Source: Verrucomicrobiota bacterium | GTDB lineage: Bacteria; Verrucomicrobiota; Lentisphaeria; JABSQK01; JAJFLO01 | Length of the DNA stretch: 64,000 nucleotides | Assembly (NCBI GenBank): GCA_021772635.1 | Contig: JAJFLP010000075.1 | Span: forward strand, 750-64,749 | Direction of reading: 5' to 3' | Part shown: in pieces, positions 27,246-38,200 of the stretch | How the letters are laid out: each line of letters opens with the position of its first letter | Numbering within the stretch: position 1 is the stretch's first letter | The notes under the pieces: generated by a model | Databases searched by the model: none | The model's input: only the letters and a program-made list of their open reading frames with translations | Told to the model about the DNA's origin: nothing | Made by a program: the position numbers and the translations under genes

Positions 27246-28898
27246 TTAGAAAATATTTACGCCGATTTCGAAATGAATTCCGTCATCCTGAAGATCGTGT
27301 TCGTCGTCTCCCGTCAGCTTTCGCAATGCGTGCCCCACGTACAACTCCGCATGTAAGGATTTTCCCGGGAACCATCGAAATCCCACACCGACACTTCCTA
27401 TATCCGGCGGCTCACTGGAACCGCTGCCGTCGTCCCAACTCACGCCATAGTCACTAAATAATGCTAACTGAACCCGGCCGTCAACGGGGCTCCGACTGAC
27501 TCCAGGGAGTTTAACGACGCCAACTGGCAGCCTAAATTCGAGACCGAACAGGAAACCGTTGTCCCGGGTTAACTCGTTTTCACGATACCCCCGAACCGTG
27601 TCGCGACCGCCGATCGGGAACTTTTCCAATGGCAACAACTCATTACTCGACAATCGCAGGGCGCCGCGCGCGAGGATCTCACTGTTACGAAAATGAAGTC
27701 TGTGAAGGCTCTGAAACTGGGTTAACCAAGTGGTAAATTCGCCATCCGGCGCATTCTTTTGAATCGTCGCATCTAAAGCGTTTATGCCAACATTAAGTTG
27801 AGAGCGACAGGTCACTACACGGGCCTCAGTTCTATCAATCCACTCCCCTCCAATACCCAAAACAGAAACGCGGCTAACGCCGTTAACGACTCCTTGCGAA
27901 AAAGAAAAGGGCTGACCCAATAGAAACGTTTCACTTTTCTTTCGTTCCGCAGTTAAAGTCAACGCGAACTCTTTAGAACCCCGCCGTAGTAGCGGGTGCC
28001 GCAGTTCGATTCCATACGTATCGGTATCACTGTCAATATCCAGATCGTCGAAATCTCTGGTGATAACGGTCGAATCATTCGCTTGATATCTGAAGGTAAG
28101 GGTCGTATCGCTACGGGTCACTGGTATCGTCAGAAATACGCTGTAGTCGTCAAGTCCCTCCGTTAACCCGTAACTTCCGCCAAGCACCTCTCCCCAGCCA
28201 GTGATATTTTTGTATGCCGCCCCCAGCTCTCCGCGATAACTCCCGATACTCGGTGATCGGTGGTTATTGAAAACGAAATTACTCGAAATGGGGTCCGCTT
28301 CCTCGGTTGTCACCCTAAGCACACTTTCTCCGAGTTTCATACCGGGGGACAACTGTGTATCGACGCGCTTAATCAGAGAATTTTGCTGGAGCCTGCGAAG
28401 AGGTTCCTGTAGCTCAATCACATTTAACGGGGTGTTAATCCCGTCCTCAATCCGACTACGGATAAACCTTTCGCGCAAGCGACCATTCGTCCTAATTTGA
28501 ATAGAGCTCAGGGCCCCTTCGATTATTTGAAATTCAACGCGCCCATCCGTTATTTTCTGATCAGGGAGAAGGGCGCCAGATGTTAGATACCCCTTGTCAA
28601 TATAGAGGTTTGTGATTTCATTCTTGAGCTCAAATAAATCTCTGGAGTTAAGTTCTCGACCGATAAATCGCGTCGTAACAACGAATATTTCCTCGTCGGA
28701 GATTACGGTGTTCCCGCGAATGATAAACTCGTCAACAACCACATGCTCCAACCCGGACAATTGCCCCTCCGGCACTGTAACTGGGGGAAGGGCTAAATTA
28801 TTCGCTTCAGCGTTAATAACCGTTGTGTACATAACCGCAAAAATGGCCAGTCTAATGCTGACTAATGTGAGAATTGCCGTCGAAGTTTTACGATGCAT
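27246..28898 (-). CDS. ShlB/FhaC/HecB two-partner secretion outer-membrane protein (TpsB)
   Basis: POTRA (FIIRGNTVIS, YIDKGYLTS), VRGYRE, C-terminal GIHFEIGVNIF. Confidence 0.9.
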   Translation of the reverse strand: MHRKTSTAILTLVSIRLAIFAVMYTTVINAEANNLALPPVTVPEGQLSGLEHVVVDEFIIRGNTVISDEEIFVVTTRFIGRELNSRDLFELKNEITNLYIDKGYLTSGALLPDQKITDGRVEFQIIEGALSSIQIRTNGRLRERFIRSRIEDGINTPLNVIELQEPLRRLQQNSLIKRVDTQLSPGMKLGESVLRVTTEEADPISSNFVFNNHRSPSIGSYRGELGAAYKNITGWGEVLGGSYGLTEGLDDYSVFLTIPVTRSDTTLTFRYQANDSTVITRDFDDLDIDSDTDTYGIELRHPLLRRGSKEFALTLTAERKKSETFLLGQPFSFSQGVVNGVSRVSVLGIGGEWIDRTEARVVTCRSQLNVGINALDATIQKNAPDGEFTTWLTQFQSLHRLHFRNSEILARGALRLSSNELLPLEKFPIGGRDTVRGYRENELTRDNGFLFGLEFRLPVGVVKLPGVSRSPVDGRVQLALFSDYGVSWDDGSGSSEPPDIGSVGVGFRWFPGKSLHAELYVGHALRKLTGDDEHDLQDDGIHFEIGVNIF

Positions 28899-28964
28899 TA
28901 ATCATTCTTTCACGTTCAAAAAGGGGTCGTGCGCATACGCTGGGCGGGGGAGGAGCGGATTTAA

Positions 28965-30230
28965 TCAAGCAAGATCACCATCCTTATACAGTTTAGCGAG
29001 GGTACAGTCTTCTTCACGGTTCAGAAAATTCGGGTGTTCTTCACCCACTACGACTTGTGTGCCGAGGTGTTCATCGTTGGAAAAAACAAGAATATCCCGT
29101 GGATTTGCCAAGTCTATTGTTTGTGGAGAATGCGTAACCATGATTACCTGACCGTAGTGAATCGAATGAAGTGTACGAACTACCAGCTCCAGATTCAGCG
29201 GGTGTAAATTATTTTCAGGGTGCTCGATTACACAAATGGGTTGATGCTCGGGGATATAGGCAAGGCTCGTCAATACCAGTAAACGCAATATCCCTTCCGA
29301 AAGTACCCCGGATGGCAACTCTAAACCGTCGGCGTACCGAAACCGGAAGTTCAGGTGGCTATCCTCATCTTGTTTTTCGATGATGATATCCTCCAGATCC
29401 GGCACTGCAGTTTGTACGACCATCAACCAGTCTTTGTATTTGTCCGGCGCGTCGACCTTAAGGCGTTGAAGGGCGGCTGGCAGCGATGCGCCGTATTCCA
29501 TAGAAAGACATTCTTCGCCGAACCGACTTAACTGGCGCATCGTCGAGCTGTCGAGTTTGAATTGAAATAGTTTGTTCGTCAAGCGCTCTACAAACCAGCT
29601 GGACACCGGAAAATCTCTCTCATTCTCGACGATGTAGCTTAGAATCGTTTTGTGAGGATTTCGTGTCGGTGGAAGCAAATAGTCATCCGCAAGCAGCGCG
29701 TTGCTGTCGCCAAAGTGTTGCTCAGTATAAATACGGAGCTCCGGATCACAGTAATCGGAGATCAAGTTTTTATGTATATAAACGTGATTCTCAATAAACA
29801 ATGTCTCCGGAATCTCCCGTACACCAAACTCGATATCGCTTTCAACCAGGCCGCCACGATCTATCAGGGTTAATTGTTCATTTAAGATCTGCACGTCCGT
29901 CCTATCCGGATCAAGGCCGATCGCAATTTCGTAGCGAACTGTATCATAGTTAGGTGATTTTTCAGGGGTCTGAAGATCTTCTGGAATCCGCGATTCCACG
30001 GCCAGTTCGAAGGAATCGGTCTGCTGCCGCCAGATTAAGTCATGAAAATATTCAGTGCGCTCCCCAATGGCCGTTGCTAAGTCGGCCGACATGGTTCTGC
30101 CGAGAATTGACAGGATATCAAGGAAATTGGATTTGCCGCTGGCATTGGCACCGATCAGAATTTGAAAAGGTTTGAGAGGTTGTTTGATATAGCGGATGCT
30201 GCGGAAATTAAGTGCCTCAATTGAAGTTAT
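28965..30230 (-). CDS. ABC/AAA_21-type ATPase resembling the MADS defence ATPase MAD3
   Basis: MITSIEALNFR, GANASGKS, LSEGILRLL, VIEHPENNLHP, VTHSP; likely start MITSIE. Confidence 0.7.
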   Translation of the reverse strand: MTSIEALNFRSIRYIKQPLKPFQILIGANASGKSNFLDILSILGRTMSADLATAIGERTEYFHDLIWRQQTDSFELAVESRIPEDLQTPEKSPNYDTVRYEIAIGLDPDRTDVQILNEQLTLIDRGGLVESDIEFGVREIPETLFIENHVYIHKNLISDYCDPELRIYTEQHFGDSNALLADDYLLPPTRNPHKTILSYIVENERDFPVSSWFVERLTNKLFQFKLDSSTMRQLSRFGEECLSMEYGASLPAALQRLKVDAPDKYKDWLMVVQTAVPDLEDIIIEKQDEDSHLNFRFRYADGLELPSGVLSEGILRLLVLTSLAYIPEHQPICVIEHPENNLHPLNLELVVRTLHSIHYGQVIMVTHSPQTIDLANPRDILVFSNDEHLGTQVVVGEEHPNFLNREEDCTLAKLYKDGDLA

Positions 30231-30359
30231 CATTTTTCTACTCCATCCTATTATTGTAACGCATTGCAGCTTCACTTCCGGGCGACGTTGAAATTATATA
30301 ACTCGCGTGTTAGATTCAGCCCCCAATCTAGTGTAGCGTCCCACAAAGCGAACATTCCG

Positions 30360-30447
30360 ATTCGTAATCGTACTCGTAATCATAATCTTTCTAGTTTTTC
30401 GAGGTGAGATTTAGAAAGAGATTACGATTATGAGTACGAGCACGAAG
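30360..30447. repeat. Inverted pair of 6-mer arrays
   Basis: cgtaatcgtactcgtaatcataatctttcta / tagaaagagattacgattatgagtacgagcacg. Confidence 0.65.
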
Positions 30448-30582
30448 AAAATCCAACGAAAAGTTCGCTGGAATTGGGACTCGTTGCAAACGCGCACCGT
30501 AATTTTCAATAAAGCTAGGCCCCTTAAACTACTAAAGCTATCGGGATACCGCAAGTTGCGGTTGATTTTGAGAAAACGAAGA

Positions 30583-32232
30583 ATGATTAAAACATCCCAA
30601 ACCAATTTAAGCAGTTGCGCTGCCTGGTGGGAACCGAACGGATCGCTCCCCTCCACCTCCGACAAGGTTTTGCGCGAGAGGCTACTTACGATTAATGAAC
30701 CTGTTGTCATCGTTGAAGACGGCGGTAGCCAGTCGCTAGCATCGGGAGGCGTCACTCGATTGGGAGAAACCGTTGTGAAGGAAAAGGGGTTCCCGATCGT
30801 CGGGTACGCGCATCCAATTGCTCCGGGACTTCTTGGCGATCCATCGTTCTGCAGGGATTATGGACTTAGATACCCATACGTTTCGGGCGCAATGGCGAAC
30901 GGGATTGGATCTGCTGACATCGTCGAGGAAATGGGGAACGCAGGTATGCTCGGTTTCTTCGGCGCCGCAGGATTGCCCCTCGGCTTGATAGAAACGGCGA
31001 TAGATCGAATTACAAAATCATTGGAGGACAAACCGTACGGCTTCAATCTAATCCACAGCCCTAATGAGCCGGAACTTGAAAACGCCATAGTCGCCTTATA
31101 TCTCGACCGAGGCGTTCGGCTGGTTGAAGCCTCGGCTTATCTCGGCCTCACACTTCCGGTGATCCGCTATCGCGTTTCCGGAATCCACCAGGATTCAACT
31201 GGCAGGATAGTGACACCGAATCGGATCATCGCGAAGGTCTCACGAATCGAAGTCGCTTCGAAATTCCTGGCGCCCCCTCCTGAGCCAATGTTAAACCAAC
31301 TCGTCGCAGCCGGCGATATCACCCTGGACCAGGCGCGGCTCGCATCGAAGATACCCGTGGCGCAGGACATAACCGTCGAGGCCGATTCCGGCGGGCATAC
31401 CGACAATCAGCAGGCAGTGACCTTGCTGCCGACAATGACTGCGCTTCGCGATCGCCTTCAAGCGGAACATAACTATGAGGTCCAGCTCAGGGTTGGGGCT
31501 GGAGGAGGCGTGGCGACTCCAGCATCTGCGGCCGCATTTTTCTCTATGGGCGCTGCGTATATTGTGACTGGAACGATCAATCAGTGCTCAATAGAAGCGG
31601 GTACATCTGATACAGTCCGCGAGATGCTGGCACAGGCGCAGCAGGCGGATATAACCATGGCCCCGGCTGCGGACATGTTCGAAATGGGCGTCCAGGTCCA
31701 GGTTCTCAAGCGTGGTACGATGTTTGCAATGCGAGGCGCCCGGCTGTATGATATTTACCGGTCTTGCGATGGTCTTGACAGTATACCTCTTGCAGAGCGA
31801 TCGGTTCTCGAGAAGACAATTTTTCGGGCGCCGCTTGAAACAATATGGGAGCAAACGAAGGCCTTTTTTCAAGATCGTGATCCGGCTCAGGTCACAAGAG
31901 CGGAGTCCGATAAAAAACACCGAATGGCACTGGTTTTTCGGTGGTATCTCGGACAATCATCGAACTGGGCGAACACAGGCGAGCCATCAAGAAAAATTGA
32001 CTACCAAATTTGGTGTGGCCCCGCAATGGGCGCTTTTAACGAATGGGTCAAGGGGACCTTCCTCGAGGATTACCAGAACCGGAAAGTCGCCACCATCGCG
32101 TTCAATATACTATACGGAACGGCCGTGCAACTGCGCCTGAATTCACTTAAGAACCAGGGCGTTTCGATTTCGGGCGGTACTTGTACGATTCAGCCGCGGC
32201 CAGTCGCAGAGATTAAGGAATACTTCGAGTGA
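30583..32232 (+). CDS. pfaD: PUFA synthase enoyl reductase PfaD
   Basis: SGAMANGI, EASAY, EADSGGHTDN, DMFEMG, DYQIWCGPAMGAFN; likely start MIKTSQ at 30583. Confidence 0.95.
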   Translation: MIKTSQTNLSSCAAWWEPNGSLPSTSDKVLRERLLTINEPVVIVEDGGSQSLASGGVTRLGETVVKEKGFPIVGYAHPIAPGLLGDPSFCRDYGLRYPYVSGAMANGIGSADIVEEMGNAGMLGFFGAAGLPLGLIETAIDRITKSLEDKPYGFNLIHSPNEPELENAIVALYLDRGVRLVEASAYLGLTLPVIRYRVSGIHQDSTGRIVTPNRIIAKVSRIEVASKFLAPPPEPMLNQLVAAGDITLDQARLASKIPVAQDITVEADSGGHTDNQQAVTLLPTMTALRDRLQAEHNYEVQLRVGAGGGVATPASAAAFFSMGAAYIVTGTINQCSIEAGTSDTVREMLAQAQQADITMAPAADMFEMGVQVQVLKRGTMFAMRGARLYDIYRSCDGLDSIPLAERSVLEKTIFRAPLETIWEQTKAFFQDRDPAQVTRAESDKKHRMALVFRWYLGQSSNWANTGEPSRKIDYQIWCGPAMGAFNEWVKGTFLEDYQNRKVATIAFNILYGTAVQLRLNSLKNQGVSISGGTCTIQPRPVAEIKEYFE

Positions 32233-35200
32233 CAGAGTCAGACTCAGAGACAATTGTGAAAAAGAAAATGATTCGCCCGACCCCGATCGCGATCGTCGGA
32301 ATGGGTTGCATGTTCCCGAAAGCCAACGATCCGGAAGTGTATTGGGCGAATATAAACAACTGCGTCGATGGCATTACAGGAATTCCGGAAACCCACTGGC
32401 GTCCCGAGGACTATTATAACGCAGATCCCGCGGCACGGGATCAAACATATGCGAAGCGCGGCGGGTTCATTGAACCGATTCAATTTAACCCAATGGAATA
32501 CGGCATTTCCCCTCGCGACCTGGAAGCGATCGACACGACGCAGCTTCTCGGACTGGTCGTCGCCAAACAAGCACTTAAAGATGCGGGATACGATGAAGAT
32601 AGCGATTTCGACCGAAGCAGAACCAGCGTCATACTAGGGGTAACCGGCGCTCTCGAACTCGTTGTTACCCTATCTGCACGTTTAGGACACCCGAACTGGC
32701 GTAACGCGTTGAAAGACGCCGGTGTTGACCCGCAATTGGCGGCGGATGTGATGGCAAGGATTTCAGACTCGTACGTCGATTGGCAGGAGAACTCGTTCCC
32801 TGGATTACTCGGAAACGTCGTTGCCGGCCGCATTGCGAACCGGCTGAACTTGGGCGGGACGAATTGTGTGGTTGATGCTGCCTGCGCAAGCTCTCTGACA
32901 GCGATGCACTTAGCGAGCCTTGAACTGTCATCCGGCCGCAATGATATCGTCGTAACCGGCGGTATGGATACGTTCAATGATATCTTCATGTACATGTGTT
33001 TCAGTAAAACCCCCGCACTTTCGCCAACGGGTGATTCTAAGCCGTTCGACCATGAAGCCGACGGCACAATTCTGGGCGAAGGTATCGGCGTTGTAGTGCT
33101 GAAGCGTCTTGAGGATGCGCAACGTGATAACGATAGAATATACTCCGTAATTCGGGGTGTAGGCTCCTCAAGCGACGGAAAAGGCGACGCGGTTTACGCG
33201 CCGAGCAGTGAGGGCCAAACTCGCGCCCTTCGCCAAGCCTACGAACTTGCGGACATTTCCCCTGACACGATTGAACTTGTCGAAGCGCATGGCACCGGGA
33301 CCAAGGTGGGAGATGCAATCGAAGCTCGTGCGCTTTCGGACTTGTACAGAGAATCAGGACGCGCCGATACATGGTGTGCATTAGGATCAGTGAAGTCACA
33401 GATCGGGCACACGAAAGCGGCCGCCGGCATTGCGGGCCTGATAAAAGCTTCACTGGCGCTTTACCATAAAGTTCTTCCGCCCACAATGAAAGTAACGCGA
33501 CCGCTGGAGGTCGTTCAAGGGAACGGCTCGCCTTTCTACCTGAATACGACTAAACGCCCCTGGATGCCGTCCATAGAACACCCGCGTCGCGCGGGAGTGA
33601 GTTCCTTCGGGTTCGGTGGAAGTAATTTTCACTGCGTGCTCGAAGAAGCGGACGATCGGAAACCGTGTGTTGATTGGGATGGAGAAATCCAACTTCTCGT
33701 TTTTACCGGCGATAGCCGCGCGGAAATATCCGGTAAACTTGATAATTGGCTTGGGTACGATGAGCCGTGGCGCGCGTTCAGGCATAAAGCTGCTGAGAGT
33801 CGGCGTGCCTATGACGGCGATGATAACTGTCGCCTTATATTCGTCGTTCAGAAAGGGGCGTCAAACCTTGCGAAATCGATAGGACAAGCAAAGAAGATCC
33901 TTGATGACAATAGTTCAGGAGAGCACTGGAGCACCCCGGATGGGGTCTACTTCGGCACTGGCGTCAGTGATGGGCAAATAGGCGTACTCTTCCCCGGGCA
34001 GGGATCGCAGTATGTCGGCATGTTTCGCGATCTCGCGTGTCACTTCCCGCAAATGCAAGAAGCGCTTGCGGCCGCTAACGCAGTCTTTTCCGAGCACGAA
34101 GCAGCCCAGTCTGGCAAACGATTAACAGATATCATTTTCCCGTTTCCGGAATTTGACGATGACGAGATAACGAAGAACGAGTCTGCACTGCGTGATACCC
34201 GCGTCGCTCAGCCGGCAATCGGTGCGGTCTGTATGGGACTGTTCTCTATACTTCAGGACTTTGGACTTAAACCCCATACTGTCGCGGGACACAGTTACGG
34301 GGAACTACCCGCGCTGTGCGCGTCCGGAAGATTCGGGGCAACCACTCTACACGCGCTATCGAACCTGCGCGGACAGCTAATGGCGGCGAAACACAGTTAC
34401 AAGGGAACGATGCTCGCGGTGAAGGCCTCCGGCGATCAGGTATTGAAATTAATAAAATCAGCGGGCCTCGACCTTGTGGTCGCCAACAAAAATGGACCCG
34501 AGCAAATCGTGCTTTCCGGCGCAGAGAAAGTGATCGACAAAGCAGCGGGACTATTTTCCCAGATGGGAATCGGCCATAAGCTTCTAAAGGTATCATCTGC
34601 ATTCCACAGTGCGTGGGTTTCACATGCCCGCGAGCCATTCTCAGACGCACTTCAGAAAATTAAATTTTCCGCGGCCAAAATACCTGTCTACGCAAATAGC
34701 ACCGCGCAACCGTACCCGAATCGAGCCTCACAGATTCGAGAACTTCTTGCCGGACAACTAGCACGACCGGTCGAGTTCATGGATCAGATCACCAATATGT
34801 ATGGTGCTGGAGTTCGCACGTTTGTTGAGGTTGGCCCGGGATATGGATTAACAGGACTGGTCTCGTCAATACTGAAGGGTAAGGATTTTACCGCTTTTGC
34901 AACTGATTCGTCAGCTGGCAAGCGCTCTGGATTCGTGGATCTCGGACGAACGCTTGCGCATTTGGCGTCCTTGGGAATTCCGGTGCAGTTAGATAAATGG
35001 GACAACATTGCGTTGCCTGACGACATCGGGACGAAACCAGGATTTGCTGTTTCCCTATGTGGCGCGAACTACGTAAATAAAGCAAGCCAGGCGAAAGAAG
35101 AACCCTTTGCAAAGTCATCCGCTGCAGCTCTAATGCTCACTGCCGATCCAACGAGACAGAGTGCCTCTGAAATTGCGGACAGACAAACATCGAATCCCAA

Positions 35201-38200
35201 CTCGAACGAGATCAACAGGCCTCGGGTTAAAACACCGTCAAACCCGGCACCAAGCCCAACTGTTCCAGACGGCGTCCCTGCCCTTGCCACTTCGGGAGCG
35301 GCGACCATGGCATCCAGTGATGCGTTGCGCATTACGCAGCAGAACATGCTGGCGCTTCAAAAACTGCAGACCGAAACAGCTAAACTCCATCAACAATTCC
35401 TCAACGGCCAGGAGCACGCTCACGAAAATATGCGGGTTTTAATACAGCAACAGCAGCAGATCCTTAGCGGCTCATACTCTTTTACTGAATCACCACGGGT
35501 AAATGTCCCTGATATCCCGATGTCGTTGGAAATGCCAGCGAATTCTGAAGCCGCGAAACCGTCTCACGATCCGACAAACGCAGTGTCGGATACAGAAGCC
35601 GTTTCGCCTCGTTCCGAAAAGCACGATGTCATCCTCACAGAGAATTCAGCACAGGCAGGTTATATCGAAAAAGTACTCTTGGAAATTGTTGCTGATAAAA
35701 CAGGATATCCCGAGGACATTCTGAATTTGGAGATGAACCTCGATGCCGATCTTGGAATTGACTCAATTAAACGTGTGGAGATCCTCTCGGCCCTCCAGGA
35801 AAGAATGCCCGAACTTCCACCAATCGGAGCCGAGCAGTTGGGCAGTATTCAGACATTAGAACAAATAGTGGAGTTCCTGCAAGTACCGAAGACGGCCGAC
35901 GCTGCGTCAGAGCTAGCGCACCTGGAATCTTCGGGACCGGCGCAGGATCTTATCGCATCTACCTTGCTCGAAGTTGTCGCCGATAAAACAGGGTATCCAC
36001 TGGATATTCTCACATTAGACATGGGACTGGACGCGGATTTGGGGATTGATTCAATCAAGCGCGTTGAGATATTGTCTGCTTTACAAGAACGATTACCTGG
36101 CACCCCGGGATTAGGTCCAGAACACCTCGGGCAAATCCAGACGTTGGCGCAGATTATTGAGTTTCTGCAAGTCGCCCCCACCCCTGTCACCACAGATAAT
36201 AACGCTGTGAGCAGTCAACCCAGTTCAGCGCGAGAGAAAATTGCGGCGACGCTTCTTGAAGTTGTCGCTGATAAAACCGGATATCCACTTGATATTCTTA
36301 CGCTTGAAATGGGATTGGACGCTGACTTAGGAATCGACTCAATCAAACGTGTAGAAATCCTCTCAGCGTTGCAAGAGCAACTCCTCGATACTCCATCTAT
36401 TGGCCCGGAGCATTTGGGACAACTTCAATCGCTCGAGGAAATTGTCGATTACCTATCCGCCAAGAACGGTGATTCCAGTACGGATGCGCCAACGTCGCCC
36501 CCCGTCAAGGCGGAGGGCCCGGTACGTAGCTTACAATCTACTCTCGATGACAGCGCGATTGACCGTCACATAATAGTAACTGAAAAACTCGAAATAGATT
36601 CGAATCGACAGAGATTCCAATTATCCGCCGGCGCAAGGATAATGATAACAGATGATGGCGCCGGATTAGCGAAGAAGCTGTTTAAGGAACTTAGAAGCGA
36701 AGGATACGATCCGGAGATTATAGGCATTGGTATAGCGAAAGATATCAAACCGCCGCCTTACCTGGACGGGCTCGTCATTCTAACCCCCCTGTCAGGCGCG
36801 GGCAACAACGGATACTTGAATGCGGCATTCTCCCTGATTAAACGATTTGGCCCCGCATTACGAGCAAGTGGCCAGAGTGGTGGAGCTCTTCTTGCAACGG
36901 TTTCTCGGCTTGACGGTGCCTTCGGTCTCCACAAATCCTTCAGTAAAAGTGACCCCATTTCGGGGGGACTGGCAGGGCTGTCCAAGACATTATTGCACGA
37001 ATGGCCTGAGGTCCACTGCAAAGCAATCGACCTTGACTCAAGTATCAGGATGACAGAAAAACTCGTAAAATCGATTGTGGAAGAGATTTTTACCGCCGGG
37101 CCGGTGGAAGTTGGAATATCCTCGAAAGGGCGAGTTACACTTTCACTTCTGAAGAAGCCACTGAACGGTAAAGCAAGCGGACTGAAGATTTCATCCGACG
37201 ACGTTATTCTCGTGTCCGGAGGAGCGCGGGGCGTTACCGCCGAAACAGCGTTATCTATTGCTAACGCATGGCAGGCGTCATTACTGTTGGTGGGGCGCAG
37301 CCCGGAGCCATCCCCGGAACCGGACTGGTTGGTACCGCTTGCCGATGAAGCGTCCATAAAGAAGGCTCTGCTCGGGCAATCGGAAACAAAAATAACGCCG
37401 AAAGAGATCAATGTTAAATTTCATTCGCTCATGGCGAATCGCGAGATACTCCGCAATCTAAAGCGTATAGAGGCGGCTGGGTCACGCGTCGTTTACCGGT
37501 CTTTGGATATTCGCGATCGAAAGGCGGTGCAATCGATGGTGGAAGAAGTCACGAAGACGATTGGAGAGATTACCGGATTAGTCCATGGAGCCGGCGTGAT
37601 TGCGGATAAGCGGATTGAAGACAAAACCGAAGAACAATTTAATCTTGTGTACTCCACAAAAGTAGAAGGTCAGCTTTCGCTCCTCGCTGCGCTCGAACAG
37701 AAAGACATAAAATTTATGGTGTTCTTTTCTTCGTCCACGGGTCGCTTCGGGCGTACGGGCCAAATCGATTATGCCGCGGCTAATGAGGTACTCAATAAGC
37801 TTGCTCAACAAGAGGCAAGGAATAGACCCGGTTGCCGTATTCTTTCACTGAATTGGGGGCCTTGGGCCGGCGGGATGGTTACACCGGCGCTAAAAGGTGT
37901 ATTCGAACGGGAAGGTGTAGGTCTTATTCCGCTGAAAGCGGGAAGCGACTATATGGTTAAAGAGCTATTAAGCGCGTCCAGTGAGATGCCTGTAGAGGTT
38001 GTCGTCGTCGCTGCAGGTTCAAGAATTCAGAGCACCTCAAATTCGCCTGCCGCAATTTCTTCCGCATATAAGCTTGTTGTCGAGGAGAACCTATCGCTTA
38101 CATCGCACACGTACCTTGCGTCGCATATTTTCGGCGGAGAAGCGGTACTGCCAATGTCCATTATGATAGAGTGGTTGGCGCACAGCGCTATGCACGGGAA

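Noticed and set aside
30430-30582. N-terminal extension of PfaD
   Set aside because: Runs through a 6-mer repeat and has no PfaD similarity; 30583 preferred as start
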